DNA from: Paramecium tetraurelia
Lineage: Eukaryota
NCBI GenBank assembly: GCA_000165425.1
Contig: CT868607.1
Span: forward strand, 248,001 to 312,000
DNA: 64,000 nucleotides
Direction: 5' to 3'
Shown here one piece after another: positions 1-12,889 of this stretch. Below the pieces are notes generated by a model. That model was given only the letters and a program-made list of their open reading frames with translations. It was not told the origin of the DNA and did not search any database. The position numbers and the translations under genes were made by a program. How positions within the stretch are numbered: position 1 is the stretch's first letter; each line of letters opens with the position of its first letter.

Positions 1-333
1 CATAAAATTAGAAACTTATATTAACAAGTATGACAAAATATTCTATATAGTCATTCTAAATATAAGTTTATTTATTCTTCCAGATTGATGATGAATGTGA
101 TAGTGACAATCTTATATAAAAATGAAAGATTTTATTTTTATTTGGAAGATTGCTAAAAGCAGATTGAGTTTCCAATAAAGATGTCAATCAGATCTGTTTA
201 GGATAACATTCCTCATATATCAATGCTTCTTCAATGTTCATAAGAATATACAATTGGACAAAGATTGTTATCAACTTATAAAAACTTCTTAATTATAAAA
301 GCCTATGAAAAGTTATTTAAGTTCAATAATTGA
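1..333 (+). CDS. 3' end of a hypothetical protein (partial, runs off the window start)
   Basis: Open frame in code 6 (…MNVIVTILYKNERFYFYLEDCQKQIEFPIKMS…KLFKFNN) ending TGA 331-333. Confidence 0.5.
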
Positions 334-440
334 AACAGGGATTTCTTTTACATGAATATATGTATTTTTAATAATTAACATAACATTTATGAAACATATA
401 AACCTAACAAAATTTTAATATTAAAATAATATCTATTTAA

Positions 441-1496
441 TCAAGAATTCGTAATTATATTGAAGTCTCTCTTTTTCTCTGGAGTTTTTCTTCTCTTAAG
501 TAAATGGTCAACGGATAGCATTGTAAATGGAATTTCTTTCTTTGGAAATCTTTTATCTTCAAACTGCTAGAATTGCTTTGATTGAAGCAAAGACTTATTT
601 TTCATCTTTCTCTTCGTGTCTTTAAAAGAACTATTCATACTAGTATTTAATGTCTGCTTATAATTATCTAATTCTCTTTATTTTGGAGTAGTGATTAAAC
701 TAATATCATAATCCATTTTATCATTCGTTTAAGGGTGGTGATCTAATCTTTAACTGTAATATTCATTTTATATATTATATTATTGATCTAACTTATACTT
801 GTTTTATTAATCTTTATTAATAGAGGATTTTTCAAATGAAATTTCATCAATCACATTTATTTTATTGTCATTAAATTTGGGTGAATTTAAATTATCTTAT
901 TATATGGATGATAATAAAGAGGATTATTGTCGTATGCCTAAACTTAAATTCGTTTTTGCTTTTGATTCTTAATTTTAACTGAAAGTTTGTGATGATTTAT
1001 GGATGCCTCTTAAATTAGGATCGAAGAATTAGGATTACGTAGTAATTTTAGTTTTAATTGGTGAAACAATATCTCTGATCATTTAGCTGAACTTTTTAAC
1101 ATCCTTCATATTATTGGGTGAATTGATTTCATTTTCAGAACTTTCTTCATCTTCTTCATCTTAATTCCGTAAATATTTAACGATAAACTTCAATGAAATT
1201 TTAAGTAGTTTTTCATAATCCATTTTATTCAATAAATCGTGTATATATTATTCTGAAATGAAATACTACTTGAATGATTTAGGTTTTAAGGCTATCAGTT
1301 AGCAGCAATATTTTTTAATCTTTTCATTTCTATTTTAAATTGGAGGGCATTCGAAGATTCTAGAAGAGTTTGTTGTTAATATTCTATTCTGGTTTATTAA
1401 TGAATATTTACATTGATATTCCTCATTTCCTCCCTTATTATAATCATCTCCTTAACTAAATGTGCTTTACTCATTTTAATTTTATTAATTTAACAT
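441..1496 (-). CDS. Hypothetical low-complexity protein (start could be 1526)
   Basis: Long code-6 open frame (MLNQQNQNEQSTFSQGDD…DEEDEESSENE…) ending TGA at 441-443. Confidence 0.6.
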
Positions 1497-1532
1497 CTAA
1501 ATAATTAAAATTATCATAATATTCATTAATGA

Positions 1533-2729
1533 TCAATATTCTATTCTTGAATATGGAGACCGTATATATGACCTACCATTTTAACTGGGGGAGATCACTC
1601 TCCTTGTCCTGGATAAATTTGGATGTTCTATAATTGTCTCCGGAACCCGATCTACCTCTTTTATTATTGGTATTTCTCTGTACACATTAATTGGTTCAGA
1701 ATAAACTGGCACTTCTTTATAAACAGGCACCTTCTAATATATGGGAACATCTCTATAGACAGGTACATCATAATATACTGGTTAAACTTTATAAACAGGT
1801 ATGTCTTTATAAACTTTTACTTCCTTTTCTACTGGAACTTCCTTATAAACCGGTACTTCTTTGTTAACAGTTACTTCTTTATATTAGGGTACATAAATGG
1901 GAATTTCTTTAGTATTCATTTAAGATGGCTTTTCAACCTCTTTAATTACCTCTTTAATAACTTCAAATGGTTTTACTACCTCTCTAACCACATCTCTGGG
2001 CACTTCAACAATTTTTGGTATTTCCTTATATTCGATCTCCTTTACTATTTTTTCTTTTCTCTTTCTTTTTTATAACTCTTCATATTTGACAGAAAGTTCA
2101 TGATATGATATTTTAGTGTTTTTAATTTCTTCCTATAATCTTGCGTTCTCAATTTTTAGGTAATCATCCTTAGGTAATTATATTGGTTCTTATTTTAATG
2201 CTGATAACATAGCGATCATTTCAGTGTTATCTTTAGGCTTCTCCTATTCAGGAACACTGATATGATATTCTAAAACTTAAGCAGGCTATTCTTGAATCTT
2301 AACTTGCCTTATAAGCTACTCTAAATGATCTACTTCTCTTTAAACATTAAAGTTGGGTTATTCTATTTTTTATCGAGATTTTTTGACTGGTATTTGAACT
2401 TAAATTTCTTCCTAGACTTCTTTAACATATTTCTTCTTCTTCTTATTGGATTTTCTCTCGTTTACAGGTTGCTCTTAGACTATTATAAAAGGCTAATAAT
2501 TGATTGGGTGACAAATATGAGATGGGAAACATATTGGATGACAATGTATCTATTAATGTGAGGAAGTAGGTGCTGTAGTTTCAATAACTCTTTCGACTTC
2601 CTTTTATGGACTTTATTGTTATGACTATTATTATTGTTATGGTTATTTATTTGGAAGTTAAACTTACTTGAATGCTTGTCTCAATTCATCAATGCTCTTT
2701 ATACAAAGATCGTTATGAATTTAAGACAT
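1533..2729 (-). CDS. Alveolin/articulin-like cortical cytoskeleton protein with VPV repeats
   Basis: 399-codon frame; C-terminal half has EIPKIVEVPRDVVREVVKP…KEVPVYKEVPVEKEVKVYKDIPVYK…DVPVYRDVPIYQKVPVYKEVPVY. Confidence 0.75.
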
Positions 2730-2864
2730 AATTTAATATAATTTTAATGAAATAAGAATAATAAAATTTAATTGACGAACTGATTAAATTATAAATAATA
2801 TTGCTTTCCTTTTGGTCATTTATAAATAAATTAAAACAAAAATTCGATTATTATTAATTTTAAA

Positions 2865-3290
2865 ATGTAAAATAAGAGCAATACTTACAAAACTTACAAA
2901 GACGTCATTCCTTTAGAGGAAAGAAAGGAGAAATATAATTACTATAAATAGAAGTACCCAAAATGTGTACCGATAATTTTATAAAGATAAAATAATTGTA
3001 ATCTAATTTTTCTTGACCGACCTGAGTATATTGATTAAATTATTTATAGAGTATTATTAGATGAAGAAAAGACAGGAAACCAGCTTATTTAATACTTAAA
3101 AGATTAGTTAAAGGAGAAATCTTTAAATAACTCTTTTTATGTTTACTTTACAACAACTGATAACGAAGGCAATTCCTAAGATACAATGCTCCAAATGGAG
3201 GATAAAATAAAATAGATTGCCGAAAAGTATAAAGATAAAGAAGATGGGTTCCTCTATTTGAAATATGATTATCAATAAACTTTTGGCTGA
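2865..3290 (+). CDS. ATG8: ATG8/GABARAP-family ubiquitin-like protein (divergent)
   Basis: PLEERKEK…KYPKCVPIIL…YKDKEDGFLYLKYDYQQTFG*; 24-nt intron 3026-3049; 133 aa. Confidence 0.85.
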
Positions 3291-3512
3291 ATTGAATATA
3301 TATATAATTAATATTTCTATAAAGAATCTAATCTGACTTACAAAAATTCAAGTTCTACATTATAGTCTTCAAATATCAAGCACAAATACACCAAGAATAT
3401 CACTACAACCACTATAATAAGGTACAAAAGATGTTTAAAAATTATATTTCTATCATAAATTTTAAATACCATTTTAAATTTTATAATTATAGGAATACAA
3501 TTTGAATTATAT

Positions 3513-4735
3513 TCATTTTTTCATTTTTATAGCTTTATTTTTGTTTTTAACCAGACTTATTGTCTTGATACTATTTTTTTTATTATTGTAATAAGAACTA
3601 TTAGTTGTAGTTCGAATTTGTTCATAATAAGGTACCAATTACGATTGTTAATTATTTAAATAAAATTAAGAACTGGATCTGAGGTGATATTTGCCTTTTG
3701 ATTTATTGATTTCTTCATTAAAAATATTCAAAGGTTTTAAATTATGTTCTTTTTTTACAGAGTCTGCATTTTTGAATATCTTATCCAAATATAATTAAAT
3801 TGAGCTCCTTCTTCTTGATACTTTTTAATTTGATTATTAAAATCGATGTACAGATTCGTTCATTAAGACTTCTTCATCCTGACTGTTCTGCAATGTGTTT
3901 TGTGATTTGCATGAATACATTTCAACTGTTTTCTAAATTGCTTTCGATCTCACTAATCTCTTTAACTTAATTTAGCTTTCCTTACTCGTCTATAGTTGTT
4001 ACTATTCAGAGAAGTACTCATTTCCATGTTTTATTTTACCTTTGAATAAATGATATGCTTACCTGAATTATCGATCTTTTGACGAGATTTGGGTCTGGCA
4101 GGAGATTAATCAATGGGTCTTAGCTCTCTTGGGTTGCTTGAAGTTTATTGAGTGTAAATTGTATGAGAGAATTCATTATGATGACCTTTTGATAATTCAA
4201 GGGAATTCTTGGATGGAAATTGGTGGGTTAAAATAATATTTCGATCTTTCAAAAGATAAAATGTACTTGGTTGATTATTTATTAGGTTGAGTATTTGGTA
4301 ATAAATTACCTGTTTACAAAACTGCAGGTCTTCTTAGGATTGTTAAGTTCTTAGAAAGTTTAAGGTTATGCATTTTCTTTTTCCAATTTTTGATAGCCTC
4401 CAATTTATAAATTAGAATGAAAATAATAGCGTTTCCAATAGCTTTTAATTTTTTCAGGATCCTTTGTTTTTTCTGATATCTTGGATTTATAGGACAAATG
4501 AATACCTAGTTTCCTTGAGCGGCAATTCCCCATGGGTCTTCAATTAAAATCCACCGGGTTTACCACAATTGGAACACTCACAGGAGAGATTGCATCTGTT
4601 TAATTCCAGTTGCAATTCGAGATTGCTTTTTTAATAAATTGATCTTCTCTTTTTAATGGAGGTTTAAGGGACTTTGATGGATTTGACATGCTTCAATTCA
4701 TGATAATCCGTTGGAGATAAAGACCTCTCTGACAT
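3513..4735 (-). CDS. Hypothetical protein (intron-containing)
   Basis: MSERSLSPTDYHELKHVKSIKVP…CNLSCECSNCGK…; tiny GT-AG introns restore the frame; ends …KAIKMKK TGA 3513-3515; middle exons not fully traced. Confidence 0.55.
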
Positions 4736-4757
4736 AAAATTATATGATATAATAAAT

Positions 4758-5812
4758 TCATGGAAATTTAATTAAGGATTAATAATCTGATTTCTTGGGA
4801 ATTGGTTTGACTTAAAATTCTTAAAAGTATTACTATGATAATTTAAAATATCTACATGATTAAGCGCTTATTTAGCACTGATTCTTTGAGTCGGATCCAA
4901 TTTAAGCATTCTTGTCAACAAATCAATTGCTAATTGGTCAACATCTCTATTTAACAATTGTTTAAACCCTTGAGGACTCCAATTAGGAAAGGTGGTTTTG
5001 TAATCCTTCAAATTAGTGACACCCTAAATAAATAGAATTTCATTAGTACTGGCCATGTATTTTCATTTGGAGTGCCTAGAATCCTAAAAATTCTAAATAA
5101 TTGATCAATTTCAGAATCTCCTGTGAAGAGTGCTTTTTTAGTAATTAATTCATAAAAGATGCATCCCACTGACCAAATATCCACTGGAGTACTATATTCA
5201 ACAGCTCCCAATAATACTTCAGGGGCTCTGTACCATAGAGTTACTACTTCGTGAGTATATGGTCTGATAGGTACTTGGAAAGGTCTAGCCAAACCAAAAT
5301 CTGCTATTTTTGTATTGCCTAGATGAAATGAATGAGAGTACCTTGTTTGTCAATTAAAATATTTTGGGGCTTGAGATCTCTGTGCAAAATACGCCTCTGA
5401 TGACAGGCTTGAATACCCTTCAATATTTGATGGATTATTTTTTTAATGGTAATTTTATCGAGAGATTGATCTTTTGGAGAACTGTCCAAAAGTGCCTTGA
5501 GGTCTCTTTCCATATATTCAAAGACTAGTTAAAGTTTCTTATTTCTAATAACTACGTCCCTTAATTAAACGATATGTGGATTGTTGAGCTCTCTGAGTAA
5601 ACTGATCTCTCTAATCGCAGTTGAAGGCACACCTTCCTGTTCTAACTAATGATTTGGCGGATTTTCAATACTTCTTAGGTCATTTTTTTAACAGCTACAA
5701 TTTATCCATTTAATTTATCCAATGCTTTATACACAACTCCATAGGTTCCACTCCCTATTTTTTCTAGTTTTTCGTATCTTTCCGCATCACTTTCACCGAA
5801 TTCAGGTAACAT
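4758..5812 (-). CDS. CDK1: Cyclin-dependent kinase, cdc2/CDK1-type (PSTAIRE)
   Basis: [62 protein letters not shown]; several tiny introns. Confidence 0.93.
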
Positions 5813-5874
5813 CGAAATTCAAATTAATTTGAATTAATAAATAATAATTTATTTGTATAAAAACTGTTGTATTA

Positions 5875-7306
5875 TCACTTTTTAATTCCATTAAATATAA
5901 ATTTTCCAATATCTTATTAATCAAGATCCTTAATTCTTAATTACTTAAATCATTACCTTTTTTGCATCATGTCTTGAAATTGTCTCTTATTGATCTTAAT
6001 CTTCTTCCACAGAACTTGAAACCAAACCGGCTCGAACAAATCGATAATTTGTTATTTTAACTATTGTAAATTGACTTCATGATCAATATAACCATCCTTG
6101 TTCGTATCAAGCACAGCAAATATCTCATTTATTTTTTATTCCTAATAACTTTACACTAAAAATGTTGTTTACTATTTTTGCTTATGTATTGTTTTGTTGT
6201 TTGATATAAATTTCATAATTTCTCTAACTCTTCTGAGGAGTCGAAATGCATTACAATTTATTCATCAAATCCTTGAAACTCTTCATTCTGTCCTACTTAG
6301 ATTGATGCTCAATCCGACTATTACATAGTGTTCCATTGCTAACCATCGACTAAACAATTTAATTCAAATTTTTACTGATTGTATGCTCTAATCTATCTGT
6401 TACTAAGAGAAACTGATTTCCTGTGGAGAGATATTTCTCGAATTATATTGCTTTGATTTTTCCATGCTTATTCTACCTTTTGGTAAGGTTTGAAGAGTGT
6501 TTTGCTCTTGTTTTTCTGGAGTATAGATGGGACTCTATTGGGCAGAAATGAATTGACTTGGCCTGTTTCTGAGGCCATGATTTGAATGGAAACTATCCTT
6601 AGAGTTATCTATTTGGACACTTGGTCTTTTCATATAGTCTTAATACGGAATGCCAACTCGTTTGTTAGGTGATTTACTAGGTGATTTGTTTTTCAATCGG
6701 TTCATTATTTTCTAATTCAACTTCTCCTATTTTTGAAGATTCTCAATCTGATGGACTGAATTATTCTTAACGTAATGATCTATGCGACTGCTGCCTCTAG
6801 AGGAGGGTTGATTTTTCTCTGGATTCAACATTTCCTATAATTTGTTTTTAAATGAAAATTAGAATTAATCTTGGAGGTTTGATGTGTTGTCTTCATTATT
6901 GTCTTTGTCAAATGAGAAATTGAAGTTCTCATCCTTATTCCGTGTAGAATCTTGCTGCTTCGTAATTTGGATGCAATCATTTCGAATTTAAATGGAGGTG
7001 TCCACAATTTTGATACTCTCCCTAATACTCGCATTGTTTATGAATTTATCAAAGTGCAGTCTTATTTGCGCCTTGGTGGTGTTGTCTACACTAGCAGAAT
7101 CCAATAGCATTGAGACAAAGGATATTATTTATTTTGAAAGTGGCGATATAAAATTGAATTCCAAATTCTGCTAAGTGCAGAATCTATACGCTATTTACAA
7201 AGGGGTATCAAACGCAAATATCTATTTAATATATAATTCTTACTTCCACTTAATATATCTAATTTTAATACTTGATAGGCACTGATAAAATGCTATTTTT
7301 TTTCAT
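5875..7306 (-). CDS. Hypothetical protein with a C-terminal EF-hand-like motif
   Basis: MKKNSILSVPIKYQ…; C-terminal IFAVLDTNKDGYIDHE…IIDLFEPVWFQ; three 21-22 nt introns. Confidence 0.65.
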
Positions 7307-7325
7307 ATGACAGTTAAATTAATTA

Positions 7326-8047
7326 ATGTAATAAGTTAATGTACCTTCACAATATCCAAATATACCTTTTGCAAATCAAACTCCAATCAATAAAACAAAC
7401 CCCTCACTCTCTCCCAATTAGAAAATGTACTTCCAATCGACCTCCCCAATGCAAGATTCCAACAGCTACACACCTGTCAAACAATTGGGCGAATTAGAAT
7501 TACTCTATTAGAAAATCCATTTACTCCAAAATGAAAATAAAATGCTCAAAACTCAATTGGAAAATGCCAACCTTCAGATTAAATAATTGTCAACCAAAAT
7601 TAACACCTACAATAGTTAAGCAATATTCAAGACAACCACATTCGAATTGGTTGTACTCCAAAAAGCATTGGAACAATTAGAATAGTTGAAAACCGCTTTG
7701 CAGAAGAGAAAAGCAAGTCCCAAAGCCAACAATCAAACGCTGCCCACTGAAGAAACGGCTGAAGTCATTAGCGAATTGAAGAGCAAAGTTATCTCCCTGG
7801 AATAGAAGAATAATAAACTAAGCAAAGAGAACTCAGAACTATAAGTAGACAACTCATTTCTTTATTATAGTAACTCATCTTATTCCCTGCATAATCTGAA
7901 TCTAAAGAATTCATTAGAGAAGGCAGAAAACAATTATTGTCTGACCCTAGCGAAATTAGAAAAGTCAACAGGAACAGTCCCATCAGGTTTGTCAATCGGA
8001 AAGGTACTCCTAGCAATCCCTACAGATCGCCTAAACATGCAGAGTGA
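7326..8047 (+). CDS. Hypothetical coiled-coil protein
   Basis: Code-6 frame MQQVNVPSQYP…LQNENKMLKTQLEN…SPKHAE TGA; the span is not a multiple of 3, so an untraced tiny intron or a boundary error is likely. Confidence 0.6.
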
Positions 8048-8127
8048 CAATTTATTTACTTTATTAATATTTGCATCATACACACAAATTAAATTAAATC
8101 ATTTAATTAAAATTCGATAAACTCATT

Positions 8128-8363
8128 ATGGATTCAACTAAAGACAGAGTAGAAGGAACAAGAGCCACTGTTATCGAAATCATTGGAAGAACAGGTATCA
8201 ATCAATTATACAATGCGCAGGTTCCAGAGGTGGCATTACATAAGTCAAGGTTCAATTGGTTGGTCAATAAAGAACCCTCATTAGAAATGTCATGGGACCA
8301 GTGAGAAAAGGTGACACTCTTGAACTCATGGAATGCGAAAGAGAAGCCAGAAGATTAAGATGA
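8128..8363 (+). CDS. RPS28: 40S ribosomal protein S28 (eS28)
   Basis: [21 protein letters not shown]…[28 protein letters not shown]; one 26-nt intron. Confidence 0.97.
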
Positions 8364-9115
8364 AATAAGTACATTACATATACAATTTGCCATATATTTA
8401 ATTATTTCTTTATGAATATTGCAATTATCACTTTTTCTAATGTTTATCAAATTGCATTTACAAATATCACTAAATTTACTTTATATTTAATCAAATAAAA
8501 AATCTAAATAGTCCCTAATTCAAATTACCTAATTTATATTCTTTAAATAATATATTTATTATATTTCTGCGAATATCCAAATGTCTTGAATTAAAGAAAA
8601 TTTAATAATACCATTTTCACCAATGGCATTTATACTTTAAATATTCAATAATTGATAAATTATTAATATTAAAAAGTGCACAAATGCAAATATTTCTAAA
8701 TTAGTCATAAGATTCTGTCCTTCCCTAAGAATTTTTAAATAATTTCTTAGATTTTCATATTACAAAATGTGTTATAGAAAATTATAAATATTATTTAAAA
8801 AAAATCTATTCATTATTTTTGGTTTTTATTCTAATAACATTTGAATGCTATCAAATATATTCTTATTGATTTATATTCTTTTGATATAATATATGCAATT
8901 TATTTCAAATTAAATTATTGATCTATGGAGGAATTTCTAATAATTAAGCCTTGAAACATTGACAAAGAATTTTGATATTCTTTCTTAGGTTACAATAATG
9001 ATTGGGGAATAAAGTTCGATAAATAAATTTAATTTAATTTACATAATATTATGTTTATATGCTATAACATAATATTGATATTCGTGTTTTCAAATGCATA
9101 TTTTTAATAATTAAA

Positions 9116-10075
9116 ATGAACATTTCGGCTGTCAGATCAATATTTTCATTCTTATCATTAAATGCTTTACTCTAGATATACGAGAATCAACCAGTAGAAT
9201 TCTGGGACTCTAACTAAATGATGTCTCATCCTAAACTTACACCGATATTCTAATCAAATTAGGTATTAATAAACTTCATCTTAGTATATTAATTTGTTAG
9301 CAGGTTTAGCCACAGTGGTACTTCTAGATAAGAAACAAAAATTGCTCATGATTAACAGCATTGTTGCTGGATCATCCATTGTTATATAAGATTTAAAGTA
9401 ATATTTTATCTTTAACTAAAGTTTATTGTTACCTAAAACGTGGAATATGATAACAATATACTTCTCGCTTATTGCACTAATTGCTCAATTATTTTAATTA
9501 CTCACAATTTACTATGATAATATCCCATCTACAACATCAATTATAAAATAAGATATTTTCAAAGAATAAAAACAAATTAAGAAATAAAGGAAGATGGTTT
9601 CAAGTAAAAAAAAGGAGTAACCTTAATTAAAAAAACAAAAATCTAAATAAATCTATTAAATTGAAGGAATAGAACAATTATAAAATGATAAATCAGAAAT
9701 AGAATCTATTGAAAATGACTTCAATGAATTTATGAAACCATAATCTAATGATTAAACATTGACAGAGGTTGAAACTGAAAATCTGTATGAAATCAATCAT
9801 GCCGATCTATCATAAATATCATAAACAAAAGAAGATCCAAGTATCACTTAATATTAATAATAGAATTAACTTTCTAATTTAAATTTAAAGGAGAAGTTTC
9901 TACTTTACATTGTACTTTTGATACATTTGATTCATCTATGAGCATTCTGAATTCAGTATACACATAGGAGTAAATTAAATAAATCAAAACACATTTGCTA
10001 CTCAATCTCTATGATGAAAATGAAGATTGCTCTTGTAGACTCTGGTGTTTAAAGAAGCTTTTAATTCTTAATTGA
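9116..10075 (+). CDS. Hypothetical protein with N-terminal hydrophobic segments
   Basis: Code-6 frame with two tiny introns; hydrophobic stretches (LLAGLATVVLL; IYFSLIALIAQLF) followed by a charged tail. Confidence 0.55.
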
Positions 10076-10330
10076 TTATGTTCTGAAATCGTTCTTTTGT
10101 ATGATTTATATAAAACGTTAAACCATTATCTAAGAACAAAATTGTAATTTTGAACCTTTTAATCTATAAATAATCAATTAGACTATTATTGTGTATTTCT
10201 AGATTAAATGATGTTTAATAAACATTATCTAATGTTTTAGACAATAAATACTAATATTCAACGATCTCTAAAATTCTTAAATTTTCTTAATTTTAATAAA
10301 AAGTGAAATAAAATAACAAATTGTAATTCA

Positions 10331-12611
10331 TCAAATTCTTCTGTCCATTGTATCGTAATTTCTAGATTGCTTGAATATTTAACCAGAAGGACTACCATCT
10401 AAAAATAAGTTAAAAATTACATTTTTATAAATTTTTATCTGAAGATAATCTTTTTTAATATTCATTTACAGCATATCTATCATTTCCAAATCCTCTTTAC
10501 AATTAATTTTATCTATCATACCCTAACTATTATTCTTTATCATTTATTGGAGACTTTTGATAATTAATGTTGCTACTTGTAAAACTTACAACTCTATCCA
10601 TTACTTTATTTTACTTCTCTCTTTAAATATATTTGTTTAATGCAGTCCCTTGAAGTATATCTTCAATAGCCTTGGTATTGGCATTATTTCTACTATTTCC
10701 TTTTTCTATAGCCAACCTATCTTGATGGGATGATTCTTCATGATAACTATGTCTTTATTCAAATCTATATGGATCTCTTTGGTAATACTTTTAACCTAAA
10801 TATTCTCTAGCTCCAGATATTTTTGTTTAAATTGGCTCTGGTCTAGATCTATCTTCAAAAATTCTTCTTTTATCAATTTCAGACAATTTTTGGCTCACTT
10901 CTGGATTAAATTAACCATACTTTTTATCGAATTCTTACCTAAGTTAATTAATTTCAGGTTAGAATTGAGATCTTTTAAATTCCATTTTATCCATCTGTTA
11001 ATCTTGCATTTTAATTTCATATTTGTCATATTTGTCTGTATTATATCCAATAGCTTTGCTTTTTGGTTCAATAGATTAATATTAATCATATGGCTTTGTT
11101 TCCTAAATAAAGTTATTACTTTAAAATTTGTCAGCTTAAAAAGCTCGACTATCATAATATTTGGTGCTGTTTTTCTGGTCAAATTATTATAATTTATCAT
11201 ATAAGTCATGTCTTGTTTATATTCCTTGAGATTATACTTCCTCTCTCTTTATTTGATAAGGTTATTATTTAGTTTCATAATTCAATTTATCTTTGAGTTA
11301 AAATCTATCATTAGATTCTTTAAAGGTACTTCCTTCAGATTTAAGGTTAAATTTAATTTATTCTTCATTTTAGGATTTATTAGACTTTAAAGATCTATCA
11401 ACATATTTTACTTTATCATCATATGTTTGATGTGGATCTAATTGTTATTTTTTAACATAATGGTATTTTTCTAAATTTGATACTTCTTAGAATTTGGAAT
11501 CATGATTAAACCTTGATTAGAAAGGAGACTTTTCATCAAATTGAGATCCTCTACTATTTATTGCATAATCCTTTCTTGAATTATCATAATAATTATTTTT
11601 CCTTTCATTCAGATTTAATTTAGCATCCTATTAACTATATTTAAATTAATCTAATTCTAATATTTCATTTTTGTTATGTTTATTATCCATATCTCTTTCC
11701 AAATGGCTTCTTTGAGAATTCAACTCAAAATTTCTATAATCTTATTTGCCTAGCTGATTAGTCTACTCTTTTATTCTTTCTTATACTTCATTTCTAAGTT
11801 CTCTTTAGAATTATTTCATTTTCTCTTAATTGCTCTCTAATCCTACTTGTTATTATCTTTATGAATATTCTTAAGATTTTGAATAATAATTTAGTCTCTT
11901 ATCCTATTATCCTGCTATTTTCTCTGCCTATTCTCTTCTCTATTATAATCTTTATTCAATATCCAAAAGTCCTCTCGAATCTTGAGATTGCCCCTGTTAA
12001 ACTTGATTATTGTTTTCTTATTAGTTATTTTTATTCTTTGTTATCTCAGGGTACATTCTTTAGTATTCTGGCCATTTAAAATCTGTCTTAAAACCTGAAA
12101 ACTAATATTCACTTTTAAATTTATTTTAACTGTCATTATCTAATGGATTTTTTGAATTGAAATTTGATCTTGAATCCATAGGAGTTCTATTACCTTAGGG
12201 TATTGCACTTTATTTTGAATAATATTTATCAGATGAATGTGGAGGTTGTTCATCTCTGTTTTATCTATTAAGATGGACCTAATCCTATTTGTCTTCTCTT
12301 GAATAATAAATTGAAGTTTAAGGTTTGGTTTATTCATAATAATATGATTACTTTAGATTAGTGTTATTGTTATATTGATCTTTATCGTCTAAATCATTGT
12401 TAGCCAATTGATATGATTGATAAGAAGTCTTTGGTTCCAAATTCAGTGTCTATTTTTCATAACCTCTAAATTAGTTTTTATTTTTCTCGTCAATTTGCTT
12501 CCAATTTTCTTTCTTCACATAATGGTTGTCTTCTGGAGATCCCAATTTCATGGTTTAATGACCCTGGTATCTATTGATCATTTAATTAGTTCTTAGAGCT
12601 CGATCTTCCAT
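10331..12611 (-). CDS. Large Q/N/R/D-rich low-complexity, coiled-coil hypothetical protein
   Basis: About 2.3 kb code-6 frame starting MEDRALRTNQMINRY…; 3' intron; ends …DTMDRRI TGA; interior only partly traced. Confidence 0.6.
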
Positions 12612-12889
12612 CTATTTTTATTTGAATTCTTTTATGAATCTGTTAAATTAAATTGCTGTTAGTAAAAAACCTAACAAGATTTCAATCAATGACGATTAAT
12701 TTACCATAGATAGGCTTTAATTTCAACAACAATCGAATAGCTTGTATTAGAGTAGATCCTTTTGCTTATTAATGTATTTATGATCGGACATAGAATTAAT
12801 TCAATTTTATATTAAGAAATATCTTGTAATAAGTGAAATTTATATAATAATAATACTCATTTTTATTTTTATTAGAAAGTTCGATAATC

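Noticed and set aside
1623..2075. 150-aa hydrophobic plus-strand ORF from the supplied track
   Set aside because: Antisense shadow of the VPV-repeat gene on the minus strand.
3300..3472. Small single-TM ORF on the minus strand (MVFKIYDRNIIFKHLLYLIIVVVVIFLVYLCLIF…)
   Set aside because: It has no clear stop before running antisense into ATG8, and alternative splice models conflict.
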